DNA from: Epithemia pelagica
Lineage: Eukaryota; Protista; Bacillariophyta
Assembly: GCA_946965045.2 (NCBI GenBank)
Contig: OX337229.1
Span: 3,782,001 to 3,846,000 of the forward strand
Length of the DNA stretch: 64,000 bases
Direction: 5' to 3'
Made by a program: the position numbers and the translations under genes. The notes below the pieces were generated by a model that searched no databases, was not told where the DNA came from, and was given only the letters and a program-made list of their open reading frames with translations. Of the stretch, positions 11,376 to 24,019 are shown piece after piece (the stretch's first letter is position 1; every line of letters begins with the position of its first letter).

Positions 11376-13064
11376 TCACGGAAGCTCTTCAAAAGATTTT
11401 TTCGAGACTGGATTGGCCACAAACGATCGAACGTAACAGTCACTGGGACGACCCTCGACTGGGGAAGGCTCTGCCCATTTTGTCTTCAGTTGGCCGTGTG
11501 AGGAATTTCGTCGGCGGTTCTCCTGTTCGATTCGTTCAAATTTCGCTTTCTTGAGACCAACCTTTGTCAGTACGTATGCGTTGTGTCCGTTCTGTTTCGA
11601 GCGCTGAACTAAGAGCTTTCGTGCCTCACTGAATCCAAGTCCTTCTTCCTTCGATTCATCTTGCTCATACTTCGAATTGTCCGCCTGGGTGTCCCTTTCA
11701 TTACTCGGGTCAGCGTTGTTTTCTTTTTCACGCGACTCCGAACAAATGATGCTTCTTTCTCTGCGATGGTCGTATGTTTGCTTACCCGCGGATTTAATCG
11801 GATCGTTCCCTCGTCGACTTGAGCTTGTGACGGGGTCAACGCAAGTCCGCCTCTGAATTGGAGTCTTAGGAGGTAGTCGCTGTTCAGCCCCGGACCTCTC
11901 CCGCCACATTTGCTTCGCCTTCGACGAAGGACAAGCAGATCGATTTCTCCACATCTGTTTCGCCCGAGCAGAGACGTCATCTCGTTTCTCTTGCTCTGTG
12001 ATAAGCTCAGTTTTGGCTCGGTCGACCGAGGGATCCGGCTTTTTGAAAGCACTGGCAAGCCACTCCTTCTTATCAGAAACTGATACACTTGAATTCGTTT
12101 CCAATGCGAAGCTTTGGTCGTCGGCTTCAGCCTCTGATTCGGCTTCAAGCTCTGCTCTGGTTTCGTAGCGATTTTTCTCCCTGCGAACTGCTCCAGAGCG
12201 AATGGAGTGCTGTTCAATGATTACATCTGCGAGCCCCTTGTCAAATGTTCGTGATTTAGCAATCACGTTGGCGCCACGACGCAGGGTCTTGATTTCAGTT
12301 TTGCTTTTAGTCGGGTCATCAGCCAACCATGCTGCAAGCTTGGCAACTGACTTGTATCCTTCGTTAGTTGCCTCGACATTCGAGTGTCTGCTTTTAATAC
12401 GTACTGGAGTTGATCTGGCGCGGGGGGCAGAGCTGTCCAACTTTCGTTGGAGGGAAATTGCAGCTTTTGAGGGAACTTGCGAATGGGGTACGTCGGACTT
12501 CGCTTTCGGGATACACATCTTCTTAACCTTTAACGCGTCCAATGAAACCAGTCCTACCGACGAAGCCTGCTCGTAGTGTTTCTTTTGCTTTTGACCAAAG
12601 TCATCAAGCCAATTGCGTAGATGGGCAACAGAAGATGTTTCGGTGTTGCTTTCCGAAGTCATCGATGCAGTGTCAGTTGGAGCTAGTTTAGCAAATGTAG
12701 ACATTCTTTGCGTGGTTTCCGTCGACAAGAGAGTGGTGTTCTCAATGACGAATTCGCCGGAGCAGTCCGCCGTTTCCTCCTTGTCAACGGCGCGACTTCT
12801 TTGGGGTGTATCCAGGACAACGGACATGGCTTCTTGACTAAAACGATTATCAGGATGTGTCTTTATGCGCTTTGCTGTGCTCTCTTCATTCTGGTTTTGA
12901 TTACTGGTTGACACCGAAAACATGCCTTCGGGTCCGTTTCCTTTCGCATAGTCCTCCGAGATCGGTTTTTGCGGTCGTCGTGGTTTGCGTTTGGTAACTA
13001 GATCTGAACCTCTGCACTCAGTTGTGGCATCTCCGTCCAAACAGGTCTCGCCCAAGACTCTCAT
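11376..13064 (-). CDS. Hypothetical, largely disordered protein with repeated SVxxxxxW-type motifs
   Basis: 562-aa open frame with no recognised folded domain. Motifs: SVAHLRNWL, SVAKLAAWL, SVSDKKEWL, SARAKQMW, SKAKQMW. Confidence 0.75.
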   Translation of the reverse strand: MRVLGETCLDGDATTECRGSDLVTKRKPRRPQKPISEDYAKGNGPEGMFSVSTSNQNQNEESTAKRIKTHPDNRFSQEAMSVVLDTPQRSRAVDKEETADCSGEFVIENTTLLSTETTQRMSTFAKLAPTDTASMTSESNTETSSVAHLRNWLDDFGQKQKKHYEQASSVGLVSLDALKVKKMCIPKAKSDVPHSQVPSKAAISLQRKLDSSAPRARSTPVRIKSRHSNVEATNEGYKSVAKLAAWLADDPTKSKTEIKTLRRGANVIAKSRTFDKGLADVIIEQHSIRSGAVRREKNRYETRAELEAESEAEADDQSFALETNSSVSVSDKKEWLASAFKKPDPSVDRAKTELITEQEKRDDVSARAKQMWRNRSACPSSKAKQMWRERSGAEQRLPPKTPIQRRTCVDPVTSSSRRGNDPIKSAGKQTYDHRRERSIICSESREKENNADPSNERDTQADNSKYEQDESKEEGLGFSEARKLLVQRSKQNGHNAYVLTKVGLKKAKFERIEQENRRRNSSHGQLKTKWAEPSPVEGRPSDCYVRSFVANPVSKKSFEELP

Positions 13065-13618
13065 CAGTAGATCGGGTACAACGTTTCAAGTTGGGCGGGA
13101 AAGAAACTTCTGATGGCTGTTCAGTTTGACAGGTCCAAGCGCAAATCTGTGCTTCTTCATTTGACCTGTCTTCTTGCGGATTCATGATCATGGATTGTTC
13201 TGGCGATAGAATTGGGTGGTTCGACTGGCGCGGAATACAAATCGCTGACAGGTGGCTGGCGCGTGAAGTATAGGAAAAACTGTAGCGGCAGGAGTACACT
13301 AATGTACATTGTACCCTTGTTTCTTCAGCACAAGGATGCTTCGTGCGACTCAACACACTTTCTGGTCACATCCGCGACTACCTCTCCACCAACTCCTTCA
13401 CGTTCACGTCATTTCCATTACAATATCCGTATCGACTGGCACTCCCCTACCCCCATGGAATTAGACAGAAGGGTGTAATACAACATACAACATGATGAAT
13501 GTTGCGTAAGGTTGTCCGTCTCTCATCTCTCATCGTCACATTTGTGTCTCACCACCAGTCAATAAACAAGAACAGAGCGTCATCATTGTCGTAATCTAAC
13601 CTCATCTTTGAGTCAAAT

Positions 13619-15189
13619 ATGGAGGTACGTACAATGGATGGGCGTAGTCTATTGTTTCTACGCATGTGAGATGTGAGACTTCGGCCATTTGATTGTGAAA
13701 CGCATAAATTTCTCGGATTTTTGTCAGATAAACCACCCTTTGAGGTTTGAGGTACCAGAAGTTTACGATGAGAATTCGGACAGGATGGCTTATTCATCAT
13801 CTTCACGGTTTCTAACGCTGCGTGCCTTTGTAAAAATTGTAAAGGTTAATAAAGGCGAAGCAGAAAAATGTCTTCAGATCGGAGCTGAAGCATTGAAACG
13901 AGGTGACAATGCGCGGGCCTTAAAATTTCTGAAGAAGTCATTGCAGCTCTATCCACTTCCTGGGGTGGAAGCATTAATATCACAGGCTGAACGCCAACCT
14001 GAGGCGGAGGGAAGGAGACCGTCTTCATCATCTTCTTCCAAACAACGATCGAATGGTAGCGCCTCGACAGAGGCAGCGTCAACAGCAACAGGCTCAGACG
14101 GCCGAGAATACACTGAAGAACAGACTCGAATTGTAAAGCAGGTGTTGAGAGCAAAAGAAGGCGGGAGAGGATCACACTATCGAGTGCTTGGACTTGAACA
14201 GAACTGCTCGGAGAATGACATTAAAAAGGCTTATCGTAAATTGTCTCTGAAAGTCCACCCGGACAAGAATTCTGCGCCTCAATCGGACGAGGCTTTCAAA
14301 GCAGTTGGCCTTGCATACGCGACGTTATCGGATACCCAAAAACGAGCAGTGTACGATCGCTATGGCGATGAAGATCCGGATAATATCGGAGGTGGGAGAG
14401 GCATGGGACGGAGAGGTGGAGGAGGAGGTGTCCACATGCATGGACAAGAGGTCAGTCCAGAAGAAATCTTTAATATGTTTTTTGGCGGCGGGGCTGCCGG
14501 TATGGGCGGAATGGGACCAGGATTTCATATGTATACAAATGGTTTTGGAGGTCCTGGAATGAATTTTCAAGCTGGAGGACCTCGCAGACGCCCTCGTGGC
14601 CCCGGTGGACAACAACCACGAAATGGACGAGAAGAAAATGGCCTTCAAATGCTGTTCCAGCTGCTACCTGTCATTATGATTTTTCTTATCTCATTTCTCC
14701 GCTGGGGTGATACGGGGTCAAGCAGTTACGCATCGGGTCAGTACCAATACTTCAGTCTCAAGGTAAGCGCAGGACAGATCTTCCAGAATCCTTTTTTGGA
14801 TGTGAAGCTTATCAGTTCAATTTTGTTACGATCCGCAGAACGAAGCACCGTTTGTCAATCAGGTGCACACAAAAATTGCAAAGGTTCAGGGTATTCCATA
14901 TTACGTGTCCGACAAATTTTTGAGAACACTCTACAGAGACCGGTATCAACTTTCGCAGGTTGAGCGGATGGTGGAGCGTGCTTATGAACAATATCTTGTC
15001 GACGAGTGCGATGCGCAAACAAAATACAAGAAAACGTTACAACGGAAAGCAGCGTTAGAGAAAGATCCTTTGGAGCAACAAAAGAAGTCGCGAATAGCAC
15101 ACGAATTCAGTCTGACTTGGTGCAGCGAGCTTGACGACTTGTTCCCAAACCGGAAGAATAGGAAAAAGAAGACAGGTGGTCGGTTTTGA
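13619..15189 (+). CDS. DNAJB12: DnaJ subfamily B member 12/14-like (J domain + TM + DUF1977-like); exons 13619-13624, 13845-14762, 14839-15189
   Basis: The spliced N-terminus MEVNKGEAEKC matches the family. J domain HYRVLG...YRKLSLKVHPDKN, G/F-rich region, TM, and two canonical introns. Confidence 0.9.
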
Positions 15190-15346
15190 AATGATAAACT
15201 ACTTAATAGATCCGCAATTCTGCTGTGTTGAAAGAATTCCATAGCATGCAGGAAAGGCTGTGATCTCTGCATCAACACATTCTTCACGAAACGGGGTGGA
15301 GGGTTTTAATTCTAGAAGGACTTTCGAGGTGGAACCTGCGACTGTG

Positions 15347-15431
15347 TCGCTATTTGAAGAACGACAGCGCCGAAGAATCTACTCAACGTATCGCTATTTG
15401 AAGAACGACAGCGCCGAAGAATCTACTCAAC
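15347..15431. repeat. Tandem duplication, 44-bp period, 2 copies
   Basis: TCGCTATTTGAAGAACGACAGCGCCGAAGAATCTACTCAAC occurs at 15347 and 15391. Confidence 0.9.
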
Positions 15432-16625
15432 TATTCAAATCCAACTCAACGACTCGGATCGTGCAGAATTCGCGTGTAAGCCAAACCACAATACAGGGCG
15501 TAAGGCAGCAGCCAAGTAGACCGGCCAAGATATACGCTGAATCGCGAATCGCCAGAACAAGAGTGTGCCCATACACAGAGAACATTTTTTCGCTGGGATT
15601 CTCAAGTCGACAACCAATTCCAGCCTAAGAACCAACGGGGAAATGGATAAAACAAACGTTAGCACAAGATTTCCCGCAAGTTTCAAATGACTCAGGCGTA
15701 TACTTACAAAACACCACAAAATAACGATTGGAATGACAAAATCGCTGTACGGTGGTCGTATTAGGCAAGCAACCCCAACTGCCAACAGAACGGATAGGGA
15801 TAATATATCAATGGCTGCTTGTACATGTGCACTCGTACCGAACGCCCGGAAAAGAAGCGCAAAGTGGTCCGTTGACATGAGCACCATCCATCCAGTATGC
15901 AAGTAAAAGGGAAAACGAAAGAGCAAATATTCGAGCCAGCTTCGTCGCTCGTCGTTGGATATTGTGTGAAGTTGCGATAGTAGCAGGGAAAGTAACGATA
16001 AAAGGGCCAGAACAACAGAAATAAAAGAAAGAGTGAACAGTTCGAAAGAGAAAAAGAAAGTCCATGCAGTTTGCAAGACGAAGCAGTAAAAGAAGAAATA
16101 TCCAGTTCCCGCCTGAATTATGGGTCGATTCCGATAGTGGGGAGTGAGCTGGGCCAGTGCAAATATTCCCTCCAGAATGAGAATTGGTACCCATAGAAAG
16201 TAAGCCCATTCGGCGGGGGTGACAAGAGTTTCGAACTCTTGTGTTATCTCCCATCTTGTGCTTAGTTTACCATCCAAACCCCAAATTCCAATGCCCCAGG
16301 ACACGAACAAATGAGCTCCGTATGTAACCACATTCAAATAGTTTACGGAATTCAATGCTGACGGTTCCCTCTGAGGAACATAGAGAAGTGGCTCTTGATT
16401 GTTCATCATGTACTCGTCACTTCGGCTAGGCAGCGTCGTGGCATCTTCTTCAAAGTATATGCTTGTCCTACGATGTGACGGATCATTTTGAACATCAATT
16501 TCATCACGTAAGGGCGTGATTGGCGACATCATTCGTTCGCTTTTCTTGGAGACTGAGTCATCGACAAGAATGTTGTAATCCGCAAAACTGCAACGAGATT
16601 GTTCATTGTCGTCGTTTCTCATCAT
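15427..16625 (-). CDS. Multi-pass membrane protein, TspO/MBR-related; intron 15625-15707
   Basis: LNVVTY...ETLVTPAEWAYFLWVPI...LQTAWTFFF...FYLHTGW pattern. A GTAAGT..TAG intron restores a final TM and a stop at 15427-15429. Confidence 0.7.
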
Positions 16626-17129
16626 CGTTCTTTGATTGACACGACGATTCCCGCAATGTCGTTATTTGAGTCGACCTTTCAATAAAATGGCATGAGACAC
16701 CAAAAAGACGACACAGCGTAGAGAGCAACTTCCGATTTCAAAGGCGACCCAAAGTTGCTACCGGTAGTACTAGGGAGTAGGTAACTGGCCCCGCTGCTGA
16801 CTGTCTGTGGACAAATAATTTCAAATTTTGTATGTGTAGCGCGCGACCAACGAGTAAAATTAGTCGCCTTAATACATCACGTAGACCCTGGTACAAACCT
16901 ACGGGGAACTGGCCGGCTCATTCGGAGTCGAATTTTACAGATGAACATACCACGAGACACGTGCATAAAACTCATCCTAGTCTTCAACACCAACTCCCCA
17001 TCGGTATGAACGCTCATTTGTCTCCCTCCACCAGCCACACAAAACAAACAACACGAACAAACAAACCCTTCCTAATATCAAATGCTGTCCTATGGTGACA
17101 ATCAATGGCCGTAGCCCCTGGCCGCCTCC

Positions 17130-18559
17130 TGTCTCACTTGGAGGTCGGCCAGGTATTCAATAGATCTACTAGTGTCATTAGGAGTCTATATGCAAATTGT
17201 TGTTTGAAGGATGTGAGTAGGCATCGGTCACCTCCAGAACAAGGGGGAGCTCTCCTCTCCACAGCTTGTTTGTTTCTGTGAGGTATGGACGCAATGAGTT
17301 GGTGTGAGACTTCAGAATGCCTCTTTCTTTCCATCGTTGCACAGTTCCCTTACCAACATCCAACTCGGCGGAGAGTTTTCTCTGTGTTGTTCGACGAAGT
17401 AGAGGGATTGATTTAACGGCCTCCCTAACGATCGGAGACAAACAGATACGCTTTCGTCCGCGCCTGCAAGCCTTGGATCGCATTTCTGGTGAGTTAATTA
17501 CGCCCGACAAACGAGTCAGCTTGGCACGCGCCCAAAGATTACTTATAGAGGTTCTGTGAACACCAAATTTTTTGGCAACTTCTGAAATGGCACCATGAGG
17601 AAGCTTGCCATTTTTAGCCATGGCCAGGAGAAGCACCATGGCACGTCCACGGTCTTGGGGACGCATTTCCCTTCTCTTTGGACCCCCCTGGGCCTCCCCT
17701 AGAAGGGCTGGGTCTTGAAAGGAGTCAGGGGGCATGAACCGGTACGGCAAAGTTCGACAAGTTTTTTTGGTGTGCTTTAGTTCCCTCGTATGTAGTGTTG
17801 AGGGCACGGTCCTGGAAGAGGGGTCACGGGTCATGGGTCACGCTGAGTTAAGGGGTCACAAAAAATGACCCCCGGCATGCCCCGGCATGCCCCTACGTAA
17901 CCATTACGGCACCTCATGCAACATCAACACGTAAGGGACTTAGTAATTAAGGACATCTTCTAAAGTGAACTCCTCTTCTTCTTCATTGGAACCAATAGTA
18001 GCTGTAGCATGTGCACTACTGGGGTTCCCCTTGATCCAGCAACCTCTCTATCCATTATCTCCTTCAAGACTGACAAGTCGAACATTTGGCGAACGAATGA
18101 CTGGGTATTACCTGTTATTGGAGGAGAAGGTGGTGGTCCCTCGACTTGTGTTCTAGGTAGACTTGATTCTCATTCAAGAGAGTTTCCAGGATCATCACTG
18201 TCATGTTCTGTTACTGTCTTCATGTCATTCGACCTCAAAATCAACATCATCAACAGGTGTGGTCGCTTAACAGTCGCGCTAAGTCGTGCGGCATGCCCCG
18301 ACTATATTTTTCGATGAGGGGCACAGGGTCACGGGTCATGGGGGCATGCACCTTTTGGGCATGCCCCGTGCCGAATGCCCACAACACTACTCGTATGGCT
18401 CCAGAAATGAGAGATCGAACATACAAATTATACATGGAAATGTAGGTCTTGGAAAGACTGACCGATCTATACAATTTTTAGTATAAACGGACATAAGCCC
18501 GTAAAGTTACAGTATTTTTTTCAATTCGCTACACAATTTCGGTCCAGAGGGAGGGAGTA
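17130..18559 (-). mobile_element. Degraded plant-type mariner (DD39D/Stowaway-related) element, 5' part only
   Basis: A Stowaway-like terminus TA|CTCCCTCC lies on the minus strand at 18559, upstream of a truncated transposase. Confidence 0.7.
17178..17735 (-). pseudogene. Truncated DD39D mariner transposase (HTH region up to the first catalytic HID)
   Basis: NGKLPHGAISEVAKKFGVHRTSISNLW...RGRK...IPLLRRTT...HTNSLRPYLTETNK...LHID, followed by several stops. Confidence 0.8.
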
Positions 18560-18749
18560 ACTTGTAACCTTGCTGGGTATTTTCTATGAGGAACACCCCC
18601 ACCTTTAACTCTGGGTAGCGGGGGTGGTACTGAGGTTCTGTTAACCGCCCCCATTAACATTTACTCCTAAATCTCCACCCAGAACCCAGACAGCACAAAA
18701 ACAAACACAATCATCAGTATCCGCAAGTAGATCCATAGAGTTTGAAATA

Positions 18750-19057
<308 letters not shown>

Positions 19058-19687
19058 GAAATTTCCATATGGTGGGTTCATCAATTATACTTGAAGCAGT
19101 CCCCGTCTCTTCAAGGGATCGAAGCTTGGTGTCCTTTTTACCCTTGAATGTTGGTAGTAGTGGGGTATCCATGCAAAATTCGAGTCCGTTGTTCTCGCGT
19201 TCTTATTTCATTCAAGTGGAGAAGCCACAAGTCCTCTAGGAGTATTATGGTGACGAAGGAGAAGGACAGATAGATATCGGGGGGTTTAATCCGTTGCTAT
19301 TGAATCCTTAGCTCATTTTGGTCTATGCCTTTGCCTAGATCGTTGCAACGGCCGTATGGATAAATTGTCGCATCAACAAAGTGATTGCCCATATGGCATG
19401 GTTGAGGGGTTATATAATGTTCCAGCTTCCCCGTGTGATTCTGATGGCGCATAGAGGTTGAGTCCGTGGTGGAGGACAGACGACACGTGATACTCCTTGC
19501 ACATGCAGGCCACATTTTCCCCTTCTATTATCTAACTGTTTCACGATTTACACGCTGAGGATACTAGCAAAGAGTGTTTTGCAGAGGATGTGCTGTGGCT
19601 GCGACTGTTGCTGCAGCAGCACCAATTTTTCAATCCCAATTGGAAACAACAGCAACGAAGAGAGACGTCTTTCGAGATCACTAGCTA

Positions 19688-22600
19688 ATGCGCGATACCA
19701 TTTCTGTTGCAAACAATTCCCAAAATGAACCAAAAGCAACTCTAGGAATTTTATCAAAAGCGCGCTTTGTCGAGGAAGAGGGCAACAACGGCGAAAAAAG
19801 TGAACAATCGCATAACGGCGCTCCAACCCCGCAACCTTTTACTTCCAAGAACAACAATACAAACGCAGAGGATAGCCATTTTTCTGGAAACGATGGATCA
19901 GTGATGGATGTTGATGACCAGGATTCAAACCAAGCATCGAAAGTTTCGGGAGATGGAGACGTTGAGATGGAAGATAGCACGCAGAACGATGTAGGAAACT
20001 CTTCCGAAACCGCTCAAACGGGAAGCAGCAGTGCGAATGAAACTGTCAAGACGAATGGAGAATCATCCATCAATGGTGAAAAATCTCAGTTTTCGGAAGG
20101 AAACAATTCGCTCGAGGCACCAAAAGGTCGGCATGATGACAAGAAAAACAATTTACAGAAAAAGGAAGGGAAGACCAATGGATCCATTTCTGCAGCCGAC
20201 GATACTTCCACTGCCAATCCTGCACCCGTCATGAGGGGAACTTTCTTCTATGAAGATAAAGAAAAGGGCCGTCGTCACATCATTCGTGGAAACTGGAACT
20301 ACGAAAACTCAAGTATGTTTCCACCGCAGAGATTTGAATTGCAACGAACGCTTGCTCCTGAGGAGGAGCTCGAAAAACTTCCGTCAGATGGGGAATTTTC
20401 GGGGTCGTTCAGTCTGGCATACCTGCACTTGACTTCGAAGGGGAAACAAAAAGAAAGAAGTAGAGTGGTCTCAGAAAATGGTGTTAAAATTTCCTTCAAA
20501 CCAATAGATGGGACAAACCAGTACAAAGTCGATGGGAAAGGGAACAATCAATTTGGTGTCTTCTACATAAGTGGAACGGCCAAGCCCAGTGATCATGACG
20601 GTGACAAAGTGATGGATATCGAATTCAGAAAAACATATGAGCCATCTGCACCTGCGCCCGTGGACAATTCACAAGCACAACATTCCGGAGCAAAACAAAG
20701 CACTAAGAACAATACTACCGCCAAGGCTGCGGAGAATAGAGGTCCGCTGCCGGATCCGTCCCCATCATTCTCAACTGGTGTGTATTGTTTACGTGGCCAA
20801 TTATGTAAAGAGCAATCGCAGGACTTGGGAATGACAGAAGTCGTCCATCGTATCAATGGAATGTGGGCAGCGGGGCTTGATTTGATCCTTGCGGACCCTC
20901 AAAACGATGTGGGGAGACTTTCACGTTTCGAGTACGAGCACAAAAGTATGATGCCTTCTGCAGAGTTTCCAGTATCGGGGCGATACAGCGGCTGGTTTGA
21001 GTGGAAGACTGATGACGGCTCAGCGACACGAATTAACGAGCGTGATGTGACTTTAAAATTCCGAAAGAATAATGCGGGCTACCACAACATTGAGGGAAAA
21101 GGCAGCAATGTGTTTGGAAAATACACAATTTCCGGTACGCTCACGCTGGACAATATCGTTACTATCTTTCGTCATTTCGCGCCAAGAAAGTTGAAAGCGC
21201 CGAAAGCTGTGACCTCGGCACCGCCTCCTCTCAATGCCCCTCAAGCAAAACGAAACTCTGTGGTCGCGACCGTGGCAGCTGATGAGCCAAAACTTAAAAT
21301 GGACGATGTAAAAGCGCCGGACGAAACTGGAAGTTCTCTGGAACCAATAAGGCAGCCTTCGAATACTACATACTCTGCAGTTTCCCAAGGTGTTCTTAGG
21401 GTGAACAAAGACGGCTCACACAGTTGTCAGGGAAAGTGGGCTGTTGCACGTGATCATTTGGCAAATGATGCACAAACAAGCACCTTTAACGTGCGTCTTG
21501 AGGCACATGATGCGCATTCGGCAGCAGAAAGTGCAGGTCTGGATGTTTCCAGCTCTCCGTTCCCTCTTGATTCTGCAATGTACAAAGGGTCTTTTCAACT
21601 TAAGAAACAGGGAGGATCCCGAGTGAAGTCAGATACAATTGTCGATCAACAGGTTGTGATGAAGTTTCGCCAAAATTCTCAAGGGTTCTTTAACGTTTAT
21701 GGAAAAGGTGTTAATGCGATTGGTACATTCGAGTTGTTTGGTACGCTCGTTGTAATTGGGAAAAGCAGTGGCCAGATTGAATTGTACAGAACATATCCAG
21801 CAGATTTACTCAACAAAACTCCAACTGTCGCAAAGCCAGGTGCTGCGTTGAGCAGTTCATCAACCTCTGGTGGGCCACCCGATATGGGTGACACAGAAAT
21901 TGGAACAAGGGCCAACAATTCCTTACTCTCTGGACCGCCGCCAGCCCCAGGAGCTCAGCGAAGAGAGTCCACAAGGCAAGTGAAGCTTCCACCAAAGCTA
22001 GAAGACGACGACCCTCAAGCGCAACTGAGAAGGGCAATGGACAAGTGTGTTCAGCTCCTTCGAACGATGAAGGAAAAGGATGTACAGATGGGAGCGTTCT
22101 TCGGAGAACCTGTTGACCCTGTGGCATTAGGGATTCCCACTTACACTCAGATCATCAAGGAACCGATGGATCTGAAGACCATCACCAAGAAAATGGATTC
22201 GAACCAAATTTATAGTCCCGAAGAATTTGCCAGGTTAATGCGGCTGGTTTTTGAAAATGCCATCAAGTTCAACATTGATCCTGCTCACTCAGTTCATCGA
22301 GCTGCTCGACAACTTCTTATTCTGTTCAATCAGAAGTTTCGAGATATTGATAGACACGTACAAAAGATTCGAAAGGATCAAGGCCTCGACGTTGATGACA
22401 AGACGAAGAAGAGTCAAGACCCGAAAGCATCGAAGAAGAAGAAACTCCCAGAAAAACCCAAGTCCCTTCGTGAGCAGAGGGTTGCTGAGGCCAAAGCATT
22501 TGCAACAGAAAATGCTAAAGCTGTTGCAGCGATTGTAGCTGCGGCTCCGCCAAGCTCTGCAAATGTATCACGGGCAGAGTTTAATCTTCTCCTGAGAATG

Positions 22601-23918
22601 ATAGAACAAATGCAACATCAACTTGTGCATACACACACTCTCCTTGCAAGTCTTTTCCCTGGAGACGAAGACAATGGTGCTGTATTAACTCAACCAGCAC
22701 CCGTTGTTCCCCAACCTTCCGCGCTGACGCAGGCTCCCGTAATAGAACGGGCCCCTGCTCCAGCGCCAGCTGAAAAGAAGAAACCCCCAAAACGGAAAAG
22801 TGAAGCACTGAAGGAGCAACCACCAGTGGTCAGCGATTCTACTCCACTTACAATAGAAGAGCAAACTCTCCTCACTGAGACCATTAACGATCTTGACCCG
22901 GAGCACCTGGGTGGTGTGATTCAGATCATTCGGGAAGCGGCTCCAGTAGGAGCAGATGAAGATGAAATTGATCTAGAGATTGATCTTCTGGACCACAAAA
23001 CACAACGAAAATTACTGAGACACGTATCAAAGGTACGATTTGCGGGTTTGTCGTATTGTTGTTCGTATTTTCGCATCACAGGAACTAACAAAAGAGTTTG
23101 GGCTAATTCTGCAGTTTGTTAAGAAGTCTCTGCCTAAGACCAAGAAGCCGAAAACCTCATCAGCACAAGCGAAAAAGTCCAAGACAGGAGCGCAGAAGCA
23201 AAAGACTTCACAAGCACCCCCTCCGCCTGATCCTGAGCCTACCCCTGTCGCTAAAGCACCTCCTCCATCTACAGATTCATTCTTTTTGTTTGGAAGCAAA
23301 GACGGTAGTGATTCTGATTCAGACGAAGAACCCGGGGAGGTTACCACTCAACAACAGAATCAGACGGTTGACAAACCATCCTCGCAAGGAGGCAAAGAAT
23401 TCAAATTAAGCAGTGAACTCGATGACGACGAGGATGAAAAGGATGATGATGACAACGACTTTGACTTCGGTACAAAAGCAACAAGTTGGAACATCTCAAA
23501 GCCCTCGACGGAAAATTCTGAACTAGATGGGGAAGAGGACGATGCATGGGGCGCGGCACGAGAGGCTGCTGCAGCCGGGAAGGTTCGCGACGCGGAGCGA
23601 AAGCTCAGAGAGAAGAAAATCGAAATCGAAGCAGAGAAAGCCAAAGACCAGAGGTTGGCAGATGCGGCGGCACGTGGAGAAGAAATCCGAGCGCAAAGGG
23701 CAGAGGAAGAAGCAAAGGAGGCTGAGCTTCGAGAACAGCAAGAGAAGGAAGCAGAAGAAGCGAGGAAAGCAGCAAGAGAAGCAGCACGGGCCCAAGTCCA
23801 GTCAGTAGAACAGACAGTAGACTTGGACGCCCAACGGGACATTATGAAGCAATACGAACAGAGTTACGCTGGTGGGGACTACGGAAGTGCCAGTCCTTCC
23901 TCTGACTTTGGTTTCTAA
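19688..23918 (+). CDS. BET/GTE-like bromodomain protein (3x N-terminal beta-rich repeat, bromodomain, ET domain, C-terminal motif); intron 23033-23114
   Basis: Bromodomain FFGEPVDPVALGIPTYTQIIKEPMDL...NAIKFN and ET domain LTIEEQTLL...IIQII...EIDLEID. The C-terminal AREAAR...TVDLDAQRDIM resembles the BRD4/GTE tail. Confidence 0.9.
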
Positions 23919-24019
23919 CATGTGTTGGTGTAAGACCTTGTTTCGTGAGAAGGATGTATGCTTGTCAGTAGTATAGATCTTACAATTGTATACTAGGCGG
24001 GGCTATCTTTTTCCTGAGG

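Noticed and set aside
17022-17029. CTCCCTCC as the second mariner TIR
   Set aside because: Only 8 bp match the other end and it is not preceded by TA.
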